Shown one piece after another: positions 1 through 11,303 of a stretch of 64,000 nt of DNA. The DNA comes from Histomonas meleagridis 2922-C6/04-290x. Lineage: Eukaryota; Protista; Parabasalia. The stretch covers positions 62,001-126,000 of the forward strand of contig JAANOX010000130.1 of assembly GCA_020184695.1 (NCBI GenBank), given 5' to 3'. The notes beneath the pieces were generated by a model. That model saw only the letters and a list, made by a program, of their open reading frames with translations, was not told the DNA's origin and made no database searches. Within the stretch, counting starts at the first letter, position 1. Each line of letters opens with the position of its first letter. Made by a program: the position numbers and the translations under genes.

Positions 1-1365
1 CGATAATGATTCATCATATAATGGTAACCCAACATTAACATAATAATTAGGTAATATAATGTTTGTTATTTGTATTGGTAAATTACAATTTTGACTAACA
101 ACAAATAGAATAAAATTATGTATTAATTCACATACTTTCGAAATATTGGAATCAAATTGCGTATAATTAAATACAATTAAATATAACGAAGTTAATCGTT
201 CAACATTTTCTTGTGGTTGTTTTAAATGTATTTGTAGTTGTGTTAAATACCCTTTTAATAATTCATATGAATAAGAAAATGTCGGCTGATAATTATGTAA
301 TTGTTCTTCAAGTTTTAATATTAATGAATTAAATTCAGGTAAACTTGAATTAATAAAGGAATTAATAAGTTGTGATAATTCATTTGTGTTTTGTTTAGTG
401 GAATTAATTGACATGCGTGAATTAAAGATAGTGACAGCATAATTTTTATCAATACTTTCAATAACATGTAAAGCTTTTTGAAAGTCATTTGAATACTTTA
501 CGGTGTTCAACGATAGGAAGCCGTTTAAAAACATTATCGTTTTTGTATCGGAAGAATTAACTGATTGGAAAAAAAATATGACTGATTGAAATAGACGTGG
601 AATATAATGTGGTGCATTGTTTGATATATTATCAAATTCATTTAAAAATATGGTGCGGCCTTTCGGCATTTGTAAAAAATAAACTAATGACTCTAAGGCA
701 CTAACAGAATAATTACGATTCGCAATGCTTTCCATATAACTGCTGGCATGTGATTGCATTTCACCAACTACGATCGAATCATTACTATCAAATTTAAAAA
801 ATAATTCTGGAATTTGATCTTTCTTCGGATTGGAATAATGAAAAAGTTTAAGTCGGGTTTCAGCAGATAAGAGTGAGGGCTCAAAAAAATAATGTAATTG
901 AACTCGAACAATAAATTGTGTGGTTCTTTCAAACCTACAAAATTCTCGTGCTCCTTGAACATCACGCAATAAAAGCTTGGCCATGATAATGGGTGGGCGA
1001 GGTTCTGTTAAATAACATTGACCAAAAATCATAAACATGGTGGTGGCTAATCCTTTCGGAAGTGTACCAGAATTCATAGATTCATTAAGCATATTATGTA
1101 TTTCAGGGATTTTAAAAACTTCTGGTCGTCGCTTGGCGACATAAAATAATTCTAAATGTGCAGACATGAATATAAAATCATGTTTTTTCTTTAAAAATTC
1201 AAATTTTGATCCAATGTATTTGATCATTTTAGGTGTTAGACTGTTAATTGGTAAAGAAAGCATTTTTTTTAAAATCTCAAGCCTCTCTCTGTACGAGTTA
1301 CCACTCATCCCAACTAACCGGTAAATGTATTGAAATTTTGATCGGTAATATATTGAAATTATCAT
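1..1365 (-). CDS. Hypothetical protein, 3'-partial (runs off the left edge); absent from the ORF track
   Basis: Manual translation gives a stop-free minus-strand frame from ATG 1365 (or ATG 1308, MSGNSYRERLEILKKM...) to base 1 (...VQGAREFCRFERTTQFIVRVQLHYFFEPSLL...GLPLYDESLS), 455 codons. No family recognised. Confidence 0.8.
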   Translation of the reverse strand, partial: MIISIYYRSKFQYIYRLVGMSGNSYRERLEILKKMLSLPINSLTPKMIKYIGSKFEFLKKKHDFIFMSAHLELFYVAKRRPEVFKIPEIHNMLNESMNSGTLPKGLATTMFMIFGQCYLTEPRPPIIMAKLLLRDVQGAREFCRFERTTQFIVRVQLHYFFEPSLLSAETRLKLFHYSNPKKDQIPELFFKFDSNDSIVVGEMQSHASSYMESIANRNYSVSALESLVYFLQMPKGRTIFLNEFDNISNNAPHYIPRLFQSVIFFFQSVNSSDTKTIMFLNGFLSLNTVKYSNDFQKALHVIESIDKNYAVTIFNSRMSINSTKQNTNELSQLINSFINSSLPEFNSLILKLEEQLHNYQPTFSYSYELLKGYLTQLQIHLKQPQENVERLTSLYLIVFNYTQFDSNISKVCELIHNFILFVVSQNCNLPIQITNIILPNYYVNVGLPLYDESLS

Positions 1366-1807
1366 TTAGTAAAATAAAACATTTCGCCATTAATTTCTGA
1401 TTTCAATTATATTCCAAGAGTAAAACAAAATATTTTTTATTATGGGTATCATTAAAAGAATTTAAGTATCATTTGTACAGTTCTAAGGAAAATATATTCT
1501 TGAATTAATTAAAACAAGGCATTGTTTTAAAGAAAACCATTCGTGTGTAATAAACACATTACAATAAAAGCAAATAATATCAAAGAAAAAAATCAGGTAT
1601 TATGTTAAAAATGTATTATTTTTCAAAAAGCAAAAAAAAGGTATTTTATTTTTCAAACATTGCGTAATATGTTTACCATATTAGTAGTAGACAATACCTC
1701 ATTACCTTCAATAGAATGGAAAAAAAATTAATTAACGTACAAAAAAGACGTTAAATCACGTCATTTTACCCTTTTTAGCCAAAGAAAAAAGTGTTGGTGT
1801 AAACTAT

Positions 1808-1812
1808 TCATT
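1808..1812 (+). promoter_or_regulatory. Initiator (Inr)-like TCATT upstream of the DnaJ ATG
   Basis: TCATT starts 12 nt before the ATG. The same motif lies shortly before ATGs at 10040, 11689, 25388 and 61367, matching the parabasalid Inr consensus TCA(+1)YW. Confidence 0.5.
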
Positions 1813-1819
1813 ATAAAAA

Positions 1820-2764
1820 ATGTTAGCACCACTTCTATTTGGCTTAGCAATCATAAATAGTGGTGGCAATCGTGATTTCTACTCAATATTATCTCTTAGG
1901 CATGATGCAACAGAAAGAGAAATAGAGAGAGCTTTCCAAAAATTATCTCGTAAATATCATCCAGATAAAAACAAAGGAGATAAAAAAGCTGCTGAACGAT
2001 TCTCCGATATAAATGATGCATATGGAACTCTTAAAGATCCTCAAAAACGTAGAATTTATGATCTTTATGGCGAAGGTGGTGTATCTGTCTATGAAACACC
2101 TACAAATGATCTTGATGAAGTCCTTGGCTTAGGAGGTAACAATCCAAATGACAATACAGCCAAAATCATTCGTATGAAAGGAAAGAATTATCTAATCAAA
2201 TTCCCAGTAGATTTACGTGATTTTTATGAATCCAAACAATATTCACTATTTATATCCAGGAAAGCAATGTGCCGTTGTCCACAAGCGGGTTATTCATGCT
2301 CAAAATGTCGTGGCCATCCAACAATTCTTGAGAACACAACTCTTTCTCTTTTTGTTGAAAAGGGAGCCGATGAAGGCACCGTAATTTTGTTTAAGAACGC
2401 TGGTGACACTACTGAACTTAATGCGCCAAGTGATATTGAAGTTGAAATTGTTAGTAAACCACATCCATTGTTCGAGCGTAAGGGCTCAGACCTTCATATG
2501 AACCTCCGCTTGACTCTTAAGGAGGCTCTCATCGGGTTCCGTAAGACATTCAAAAATTTGGATGGATCTGATCTTGTGGTCGAATCTGATAAACCACTTG
2601 GATGCGACCAGACAATAGTACTCAAGGGCAAAGGACTGCCTCTATACTTATATCCGGGTGAATTCGGTGATATTGTTATCCACCCATTACTCAAATGGCC
2701 GAAGCAATTAACGGATGAGCAAAGAGAAAAACTTGCGAATGCACTCATGACGAAAACAGATTAA
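1820..2764 (+). CDS. DnaJ/Hsp40 co-chaperone with signal peptide (ERdj3/DNAJB11-like)
   Basis: Hydrophobic N-terminus, J-domain with HPD (KYHPDKN), short Cys segment (CRCPQAGYSCSKC) and DnaJ C-terminal domain (HPLFERKGSDLH...LKEALIGF). Confidence 0.9.
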   Translation: MLAPLLFGLAIINSGGNRDFYSILSLRHDATEREIERAFQKLSRKYHPDKNKGDKKAAERFSDINDAYGTLKDPQKRRIYDLYGEGGVSVYETPTNDLDEVLGLGGNNPNDNTAKIIRMKGKNYLIKFPVDLRDFYESKQYSLFISRKAMCRCPQAGYSCSKCRGHPTILENTTLSLFVEKGADEGTVILFKNAGDTTELNAPSDIEVEIVSKPHPLFERKGSDLHMNLRLTLKEALIGFRKTFKNLDGSDLVVESDKPLGCDQTIVLKGKGLPLYLYPGEFGDIVIHPLLKWPKQLTDEQREKLANALMTKTD

Positions 2765-2853
2765 ATGATTTTCTAATTTTCTTTAATGATTAAACACAAT
2801 TTTTGATTAATAAATATTCTTCTTTTAAAGTAACATATCTGTTTCTGTATTAA

Positions 2854-5264
2854 TTATGAAGAGGCAATTCTATCAGCTGTTTTAAATAATTTAATTAAAT
2901 TTTTATTTATAAATAAATATCATAAAAATTACTATCGGATTTATTTTGGGAGAGAAGTAATTTGACTATCTTGTTATGATCATTTTGTGATGCATGCATA
3001 TGTGCTGTATTAAATAATTTAAATAATTTCCAAATATTATTTTGTAATTTCAAATCATGTAAATAAATACAAAATAAGATAAATGGTATATCTTTGGCAT
3101 TAATATCAATTCTTTTTTGTTCAAGAATTAATTTAACTATGTTTGTATAGCCATTTTTAGATGCACTTATAAGTGCTGTTTTAAATAATATGAATATTTT
3201 CCAAATATTGCCTTGAAATATTAAATTCGTAAAGTAAATTTCAAACAAAGCATTTAAATACTTTTTGCATTAATATCAATTTCTTTTTGCTCAAGAAGTA
3301 ATTTAACTATTTTTGTATGTCCTTTTTCAGATGCTTTTATAATTGCTGTTTCAAATAATTTAACCAGTTTCCAAAAATTATTTTGAAATTTCAAGTCATA
3401 TAAATAAATACAAAATTAGATAAATGAATATCTCTAGCGTTAATATTTATTCCGTTTTGTTCAAGAAGTAATTTAACTGTTTTTGTATGGCCATTATTTG
3501 AAGCCAAAATAAGAGCTGTCCAAAATAATTTAAATAATTTTTAATATTTTTTTTTAAATATTAAGTTGATAAAATAAATAATAAAAAATAAATTTAAATT
3601 CCTATTGCATTGATATCAATTCCTTTTTGTTCAAGAAGTAATTTTACTATTTTGGCTTTTCTCTTCAAAGACGCATAAATAAGTGCTGTATTAAATATTA
3701 TTTATGATTTCCATATATTATTTTAAAACATGAAAATATTAAAATAAATTTGTAATATAATAAATAAATTCCTTTTGCATTGATATCAATCCCTTTTTGT
3801 TCAAGAAGTACTTTAACAATTTTTGTATTACCTTTCAAAGATGCATAAATTAGTGCTGTATTAAATATTATATATTATTCTCAAATATTATTTTAGAACA
3901 TAAAATTATTTAAATCAATTTTAAATTTTATAAAGAAATATCTTTTGCATTAATATCAATTCCTTCTTGAACTAAAAGTAAGTTAACTATATCTACATGA
4001 CCATTTAAAGCAGTTAAAATAAGTGACGTTCTAAATGGTTTAAATAAACACCAAATATCATGATAAAACATCAAATTATAAAAATATATTTCAAACAAAA
4101 CAAAAAAATATTTTTTACATTAATCTCATTCATTTTTTGTTTTAAAATATAATCCACAAGTTCAATATTGCTTGACTGTACTGCATATAACAAAATATTC
4201 TTTGGAGGTTGAATATTTTGAAGAAAATACAAAATAAGATATAAGTTACCATCTTTTGCAGATTCATTAATAATTGAATCATTAATTTTCATTCCTTCTT
4301 CAATCAAATACAAAAATATTTCATAATTTTGATATAAAACACATTTAATACCTAGTTTTTCTAAATGATTAATATTTTCAAAGTTATTTTCATAAATATA
4401 TTTAAAAATAACGTTTCGATGAAATTCAATTGCTGTCTCATAAGAACCATCAAATGATGAATGATTTTGTTCACATAAATGAATGATTTCAAGATTTCCG
4501 CCTGCAACAGCATATTTACCTGTGTTAATAACATTTGAACCATTCATAAGTAAATATTTAAAACATTTAACAGATCTAAAAAATGCTGCAAAATCAATTA
4601 ATGAAACACTTTTTTCATTAACATATGAAAACCTTTCATAGAGTGATGGTTCAATTATTTGATTAAAATCAAAATTTGTTTGCGATGATATTTTTTGAAG
4701 TTTTCTTATTTCATCATTTCGAATTATTTTTGATATTTCATTTGTGTTTATTCCTTCATAAATATATTTCCTATGTAACTCAAAATTATTTTTTGAAAGC
4801 TCTTCATATTCATCAACAATTTGTTTTTTAAACTTTACATGATGTTTTTCTTTAATATATTTTTCTGTCATATAATGTGCAAAATACGAATGCTTTTTAT
4901 TTATTACAGTTTGTGATTTGATTAAATTTTGTTCAATAATTTTCTCAAGAAGATAATTTGATTCTTGTGTATTTTTATCAAGAAGAAAGTTTGTAAACAC
5001 ATTTAAAATATTGGGCTTGATTTTATATATTTTTTCAATTGTTTCAATTTCCTCGATTTGATTTATTAATGTGTTTGAATCATTTACTTGAACAACAAAT
5101 GAAGAATACATCATAGAACTAATAAGTAAGTTAAAAGAATAAGGAAAATTTTCATCGAATATTTGGTCAATGATCATATTGATCCTTTGTGATGAGTTTT
5201 TATTGCGTAGATCAAAAATGATTTGAATTATTGATTGAAGTGTATGTACACTAATATTTTGCAT
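2854..5264 (-). CDS. DUF3447-type N-terminal domain + about 7 ankyrin repeats, interrupted by 17-nt spacers; 3' end uncertain
   Basis: ORF 5264-4110 carries family motifs (IRNDEIRKLQ, LIDFAAFFRSVKCFKYLL, AVAGGNLEII, AIEFHRN). Seven junctions follow, each with 4 spacers (27 of 17 nt, 1 of 18 nt); the intervening codons read EDGR, KYEN, QHGN, INKW, CEGE, ENGK, CEGN before T-A/S-L/I/H. The last junction (35 nt) is degenerate. Confidence 0.8.
2880..4109 (-). repeat. About 170-nt tandem ankyrin units (90-nt core + 4x[17-nt spacer + 1 codon])
   Basis: Manual reverse-complement parsing of each junction. Confidence 0.9.
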
Positions 5265-5585
5265 TTAAATTTTTTTCCTACCTACGTTCACAAAAGTATT
5301 ATCGTTTTTTAACGATAATTTTTGAAAAAAAAATTTTCTTCTATGAAAAACATGAAAATATAATAAAATGCCACAATAATCATTCATACCAAGAAATAGT
5401 ATTGATCATCATAAAGAAATCATTAAATTTCCTTGAATATAAATTATTTAAGATTAATACATACATTTAACTTTTAACATAAAATGCTATTAAACAAAAG
5501 AAATCTTGTGATTTTATTAAAAAAAAAAAAAAGATGAATTTCTCCACAAGTATACGAGTCTTTTATTGAGCCAAATTTAAATGGT

Positions 5586-6602
5586 TTACGTTTTGATGGG
5601 GGTAGGCTGTAACGGCCACTGCGATCTTTCTTCGGGCGTTTTAGGCTTAGGCGCGAATGTTGAACCTGTTGGATCCACAACAAGCTCACATGTGTGTTGG
5701 CCTATTGCATCTGTCTTTGCAGGTGCCGATGCGCCAGCGCGTGAAAATGATTGTCGGGATTCAGTAAATGATTTCTCAAGAAATTGTTGATATCCTTTGT
5801 TTGCGCTCTTTAGTGAGCTGTCTTTTACTAGATCAAAATATGATTGACTGATTGCTTGTTCACCACATGCAGCCGCGATTCGTCCTAAATGAGAAAGTGC
5901 TTTTTCATCTTTGACAAAGGATGGTGGCAAGTGCTCGCGAAGAAATGAAATAAGAAGATCAATTTGACCTTGTGAGAAAAGGTAAGAAACGAATAATTCA
6001 GATACAAAATTAATGCGATCTTGAACAATGGTTTTGGCCTCATCAACACTAACACTAATATCACTAGATCTAGTGCGATCATTTAGATAAATATTTTGCG
6101 ATGATTTTGCATTATTAAGTAATTCATTAATTTTAATATAATGTTGGAATAACAATGTATATAAAGAAGTCTTCGACGTAGATGCATTTGTAGATGACAT
6201 AAATGTAAGAATGAAGAAGTCAAAAGGAGGTGTTGGAATTTCACTGAAGATGCAATTTTTATAATCAGTTGAGCGAATGATTTCAACAAGGTTTTCAATA
6301 TGTGAGTTAGCTAATTCATTTAAGCGATCAAATGTGTTAGTACGGAAATAATATAGAAGTTGGATAAATTGATATCGATATAAAAGGAAAAGATCATTTT
6401 GAGGTGCAACATACTTTAATGCAAGAATGTTTTGGTAAACATTGTTCTTAATTTGATCTAAATCCGAGTTAAATTCATTTTCTGTGTAGGTCATGATAAA
6501 AGACAAATGACGGTGAACGTTAACATTTCGACCGTTAAAATATGACATTTGATATGAAAAAAATCTGATGGCTCTTTCAATTGAATGAAAGCAATTCTTC
6601 AA
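5586..6602 (-). CDS. Helical/TPR-like protein, possibly TRAPPC12-like
   Basis: 338-aa ORF; HLGRIAAACGEQAISQSYFDLV resembles from memory the TRAPPC12 TPR segment. The true start is probably a downstream Met because the 5' end overlaps the divergent LRR gene. Confidence 0.5.
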   Translation of the reverse strand: MKNCFHSIERAIRFFSYQMSYFNGRNVNVHRHLSFIMTYTENEFNSDLDQIKNNVYQNILALKYVAPQNDLFLLYRYQFIQLLYYFRTNTFDRLNELANSHIENLVEIIRSTDYKNCIFSEIPTPPFDFFILTFMSSTNASTSKTSLYTLLFQHYIKINELLNNAKSSQNIYLNDRTRSSDISVSVDEAKTIVQDRINFVSELFVSYLFSQGQIDLLISFLREHLPPSFVKDEKALSHLGRIAAACGEQAISQSYFDLVKDSSLKSANKGYQQFLEKSFTESRQSFSRAGASAPAKTDAIGQHTCELVVDPTGSTFAPKPKTPEERSQWPLQPTPIKT

Positions 6603-7619
6603 GAAATTATTTCAGATCAAGATCCAGAAGAAGTGCAAAAAATCGATGTTTCTAATAGAGAAATTACAAAAATATCAGGTTTATCATCATACCCAAATTT
6701 AACACAATTAAATATATCAAAAAATGCACTTACATCATTAAGAGGAATCAACAAATCTACATCTCTTACTATGCTTGATGTCAGTGAAAATCAAATTACA
6801 AGTATTCATTCAATTAAAAATTTGGTTAATCTTCATGTTTTAAAAATATCAAAGAATCAACTAACAGATCTCAATGGGGTTAACTCATTATCTCAACTTG
6901 GAGCACTTATTGCTACCGATAATAAATTTACAGAAATTCCTGATCTCACAGGTTTAATTAATTTAAATACTATTTCATTTTCACACAATTTTATAACATC
7001 TGCGATATTTACTTTTGCTCCACCTCTTCGTAAAATTACACTTTCACATAATGAGTTAACAGAATTTCCAGATTTGTCACAATTTCCAGAACTCACTGAG
7101 CTTAGACTCAATTCCAATAAAATAACATCAATTCCACCCACAATAACTGTTCTCAGCAATCTCAGACTTCTTGAAATTGGGTGTAATCTAATTGATAGCA
7201 TTTCCAAAATTTCACCAGTCTTTGAAATGGAACAAATTCAACAACTTAATGTTCAAAAGAATCCATTTTCTGAGGAAAATTACATCGATATCATCAAGGA
7301 AAACATGCCGAAACTTTTGGTTTTGGATTCAAAGCGCGTGAAACCGAAGAAAAGCCACTTCACAGAGGACCATCCGAAGTACCAAATCAAGAAAGAGCAG
7401 AGGGACGAAGCTGTGCGCGAGAAGAAGAGGGAAGAGAGAAGAGAAAGAAGAAAAGCGCTGAAGAAAGCTGTTGAAGAATCGGGAAGAAAGTTCCATCCGA
7501 ATGTTCCGAAGTATAAAGTCGCGGAAAGAAGAAGAGAAGAAAGGAAAAGGAAAAAGGAAATGAAAAGGGAAAAGAAGCTGAAAGAACAGAACAAACAAAA
7601 GAAAGAAAATATTGAGTAA
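6585..7619 (+). CDS. Leucine-rich-repeat protein (SDS22-like LRRs) with Lys/Arg/Glu-rich C-terminal tail
   Basis: About 9 LxxLxLSxNxLTxL repeats, an LRR cap (QKNPF...ENMPKLLVLDSKRV) and a basic tail. Confidence 0.9.
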   Translation: MKAILQEIISDQDPEEVQKIDVSNREITKISGLSSYPNLTQLNISKNALTSLRGINKSTSLTMLDVSENQITSIHSIKNLVNLHVLKISKNQLTDLNGVNSLSQLGALIATDNKFTEIPDLTGLINLNTISFSHNFITSAIFTFAPPLRKITLSHNELTEFPDLSQFPELTELRLNSNKITSIPPTITVLSNLRLLEIGCNLIDSISKISPVFEMEQIQQLNVQKNPFSEENYIDIIKENMPKLLVLDSKRVKPKKSHFTEDHPKYQIKKEQRDEAVREKKREERRERRKALKKAVEESGRKFHPNVPKYKVAERRREERKRKKEMKREKKLKEQNKQKKENIE

Positions 7620-8166
7620 ATAGAAATTAAATTTTGTTCTTTTTGATGTTGTATGAAATGTTTCGTGCGTTTTCATCATTTTCATCTTAAATCTGTATAT
7701 GTCAAACATGGAAGAATATAAAATTAAGTTCATACTATTTTACGTAAAATCTTCTTGTTGAAAAATTCTTCATATTTGAAATATAGGGGGGTAAATAAAG
7801 ATTGACCCCCAAACTATCTCAACTTCTAGTGAATAAAAAAAATTTTAATAATATTGCTTTATTATATATAAGATATGTTATATAAATAAACTATGATTAA
7901 AGATTATGAAACTATAATTTTCTCAAAAAAGAAGAAAAAAAATTTAATCAAGGAATATTAAACATTCTCCATCTTTGACCAATAAATCCATTTATTAGCT
8001 TGAAAGTAATAGACCAGTATTATTCGTATTATGCCCCAACTTCATCAAAGAAATTTCTTTGATTCAACATCAAATGCGCCGGCACTCATTTGATTAACTC
8101 ATTGGATCTTTTGGCTCTCCGACAATTTATATAAATTTTCTTTTATTAAACACAACATCACTTCAC

Positions 8167-9228
8167 CTATGGTATATGCGTATATATTATTTCCGACACT
8201 GATTTATTTGCCTTAAAGTCCGCATTTATCGCAGTTATCAAGTTCGGGTCCAAGTTATCCAGCACGTCGTACGGCACGCCCTGGTCGGCCAGCGCCATGT
8301 AGTCCATCTCTCTCATTCCGTTTTTGTTTAGCTGGTTCGGGTCGTATATTCTTCTCTTGAATCGCTTTCGCGGCACCGCATCTTCATAAATATCGAAAGA
8401 GTCCGTCGTTTTGTCTTTGAACTCCTCCGGGTCAACGGAGAAATCAGTGTTCGGCTCGTTCTTAGTTTCTTCTTCGTTATGTTCATTTGCTTTAAGTAAT
8501 GTTTGTGCATCGTCTTCAAAAATTGGCTTCGAAGCACAACGAAATCGATATGAATAGCGATATTCGTCGGTCTCTTCGCGAAGTAGGCTCACTAAGTACC
8601 ACTTCGGCATGGAGTTGACCATCCCTGTGTGATAGTTTCGCTTGATAAGTTCTTGCTGAATAAGCTCGATCGGAAGCGCCATCAGATCGTTGATGCCCTC
8701 TTTGATGCTGTCGTCCTTGGTGAAGCCGTCAATCGTCTTCGGCTTCTTAGGCTTCTTCGGTGCTCTGGGCTTCCTTTGGGGCTTGGGGCGTGGTGGCTTC
8801 TTGGAATCATCGTCGGGTTCCGATGTGAAAGATTCATCTATAAGATCTGACTTGAGGCGTCTGCATTTTTTGGGTGCGGGTTTTATGGATTCATTCGTTT
8901 CAGTGGGAGTGTATTCGTCATCGGATTCTGATTCGGCCTTCTTTGGCTTGCGGCCTCTTTTATTCTTTGGTTGTTCTTCTTCTTCGGATTCTGATTCGAT
9001 CTTCTTTGGCTTGCGGCCTCTCTTCTTCTTTGGTTGTTCTTCTTCTTCGGAATCTGATTCGATCTTTCTTATTCTCCGTGTTGTTCTAGTTTTCATTGGT
9101 TTTGTTTCATCTTCTGATTCTGACTTCCTTAGTTTCTTTGTGTTTTTTTCTTGACTTGTTTCATTATCTGCATCTGATTCTATTTCTTCATTTTTTGAGT
9201 TTGTTCTTGGTTTTCTTCTTGGTGCCAT
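8167..9228 (-). CDS. Low-complexity Lys/Glu/Ser-rich, likely nuclear protein with AT-hook-like RGRKP repeats
   Basis: 353-aa ORF with 21-aa repeats ESxSEEEEQPKxKRGRKPKK and a globular C-terminal part. Confidence 0.75.
   Translation of the reverse strand: MAPRRKPRTNSKNEEIESDADNETSQEKNTKKLRKSESEDETKPMKTRTTRRIRKIESDSEEEEQPKKKRGRKPKKIESESEEEEQPKNKRGRKPKKAESESDDEYTPTETNESIKPAPKKCRRLKSDLIDESFTSEPDDDSKKPPRPKPQRKPRAPKKPKKPKTIDGFTKDDSIKEGINDLMALPIELIQQELIKRNYHTGMVNSMPKWYLVSLLREETDEYRYSYRFRCASKPIFEDDAQTLLKANEHNEEETKNEPNTDFSVDPEEFKDKTTDSFDIYEDAVPRKRFKRRIYDPNQLNKNGMREMDYMALADQGVPYDVLDNLDPNLITAINADFKANKSVSEIIYTHIP
8921..9064 (-). repeat. 63-nt coding tandem repeat (about 2.3 copies)
   Basis: tcggattctg recurs at 8921 and 8984, with a variant copy at about 9047. 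Confidence 0.85.
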
Positions 9229-10052
9229 TTTGAAGGTGAGCTAACTACAGATGAAAAGTGCCAATAAAAAACTTTTGCGCAATCTATGAGCAAAGCATTA
9301 TGCTAAGCATTAACAACAAAAATGAACAAAGCTAATTTAACTAATTTTTCAAGTCTAGCTCATTTAGTGCAACAAAAAAATTGTTGGAAAATAATGAAAA
9401 AAAAAAGTTAAAAACATAAAGCATAAACAATATATGTAGTTCATAAATAAATTGTTGTTTGTATAGTCTTAAATTTTTGATCATTAATTATTATTAAAAG
9501 GAATTCCTTATATGAAGATACTTAACGTGTTTTTAGACTTCAATGAAAATTTTCCAATGCTGTTATTTTTTATAGAATCTTCAAGTTAAAATGGTACTAT
9601 TCAAAGTAGATTCTATGATAAAAATTGAAATATTACAACAAATACAGGAAATAATTTCAAGAATGCAATCAAAATAAGTTATTACAAATCACACACTTTC
9701 AATTTAAATTAAAACACATTAGCATTTGTTTTTTGTTTGAACATGTTGATAAAAGAACTTAGATTTAGTTTGAGTTGCATCAAAACCAAGTTTCAAAAAA
9801 CCTTTTGATTATTTTACAAAAAGTGACGACAAAAATGGTCCTCGTTCTCAGAAAAAGTTGGGAAGATGGCCACTTACCGATCATTTCATTATCATTTTTT
9901 TCTCATCGTCTTTTATAAACTTTTTCATAACTTTATCGAAGATTGAGCCGCCCTGTTTTACTTCACTTTTAATTCAAAAAAAGCCGTTGGTCGTTATTTT
10001 CAGTGGCGAAAATGTATGTATATAAATAATTCATGGTCTTCATTTTCTTTAA

Positions 10053-11303
10053 ATGAGTCCTAAGGTTCCTGAGATTAATATACCTATTATCTCTGGGATT
10101 ATTCTCATGATGGGAGGTTTTGCAATGGGTCTAACACTTGCTTATTCTTCACCAACCCTTGATGAAATCCAAACACAGTTTAAACTTTCATCCATGGGAA
10201 GGTCCATGTTTGTAGCATGTAGTCCTCTTGCAGGTTTTGTTGGATCACCATTAATATCAATTTTAGTTATTAATCGATATGGTAAAAATGTTGCAGGTGT
10301 AATCGCAGGTTTTATAGGTGCATTCGCTTATATTGGCATGGGTCTTTCCCAAGTCACATGGCTTCTTTTCTTAATGCGCGTACTCACAGGTATGAGCAAT
10401 TTAGGTTTTTATTCAGCCATTTGCCCTGTTTATCTTGCTGAAATTGCACCTGAAGGGAAGAGTGGTTTCTATGGATTTCTTAACCAAGTTGGACTTTGTC
10501 TTGGATTTCTATTTTCCACAATTTTTGGCTTCTTTGCCAAGCGTTCTTTATTGGCTTACATTTGTTCCATCCCATCCTTTATCTTTATGATAGGAATTAT
10601 CTTTATCCCATCCAAAGACAATCAAGCCAAAATCAAAACAAAATTTTCATTAATTTTCAAGTATAAGAAGAAGCTTGTTATTGCATTTTTCTGCATGTTC
10701 TTCCTTCAGTTCTCAGGTCTCAATGCAATTTTAGGTAATCTCCAACCAATAATTGAAAGTTCAAAAGTTGGCATGGAATCTAAATATGTTGCATTAATCG
10801 CCAACATAGTGCAAGTTATTGCCACATTTGTTGCCACATTCCTTATCGACAAGTTAGGATATCGATTATGTTGGATCGTATCAACAATTGGACAATTCAT
10901 TGCATTTCTCTTACTCTTCTTCCAACAACAATTCACACTTGCAGGAGCAATGTTTATGGTTGGTCTTTTCTTGGAACAGTTTGCATATGGAATCGGTACT
11001 GGACCAATACCATTTTCATATGTTTCGCAAATATTTAACTCAGAAGTGCGATCGATTGCATCTTCATTAGCTACAGCATGCAGTTGGTTGCTGTCTGCAA
11101 TTGTTTGCTTCTTGTGGCCCGTGTTAGAGGACGCAATGAACAACTATTCGTACATCTTCTTCGCGGTACTTTTGTTGGCATCCGCTATTTTCGGATTCTT
11201 CGCAATTGTTAATACAAAGAAGGACGACGAAAGCTCAAGTTCAAGCGAATCAATTACCAGAAGATTGTCTAAGAGAACTGAAGATGATGATTACCAAATT
11301 TAA
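10053..11303 (+). CDS. MFS sugar porter (GLUT/SP family)
   Basis: About 12 hydrophobic segments; PVYLAEIAP, LQFSGLNAI, IDKLGYR and GTGPIPF...EVRS motifs. Confidence 0.9.
   Translation: MSPKVPEINIPIISGIILMMGGFAMGLTLAYSSPTLDEIQTQFKLSSMGRSMFVACSPLAGFVGSPLISILVINRYGKNVAGVIAGFIGAFAYIGMGLSQVTWLLFLMRVLTGMSNLGFYSAICPVYLAEIAPEGKSGFYGFLNQVGLCLGFLFSTIFGFFAKRSLLAYICSIPSFIFMIGIIFIPSKDNQAKIKTKFSLIFKYKKKLVIAFFCMFFLQFSGLNAILGNLQPIIESSKVGMESKYVALIANIVQVIATFVATFLIDKLGYRLCWIVSTIGQFIAFLLLFFQQQFTLAGAMFMVGLFLEQFAYGIGTGPIPFSYVSQIFNSEVRSIASSLATACSWLLSAIVCFLWPVLEDAMNNYSYIFFAVLLLASAIFGFFAIVNTKKDDESSSSSESITRRLSKRTEDDDYQI

Noticed and set aside
7785-7812. GGGGG...CCCCC short inverted repeat resembling a transposon end
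   Set aside because: Only a few base pairs, with no partner end or transposase.
8690-9154. Antisense or overlapping ORFs (also 7280-7733, 10706-11143, 33594-34106, 46214-46725, 48425-49018)
   Set aside because: They lie opposite well-supported CDSs, have low-complexity mirror composition and contain no motifs.
9236-9250. GTGAGCTAACTACAG, resembling a 15-nt GT-branch-AG intron
   Set aside because: Lies just upstream of, and antisense to, a minus-strand gene; no plus-strand ORF to interrupt.
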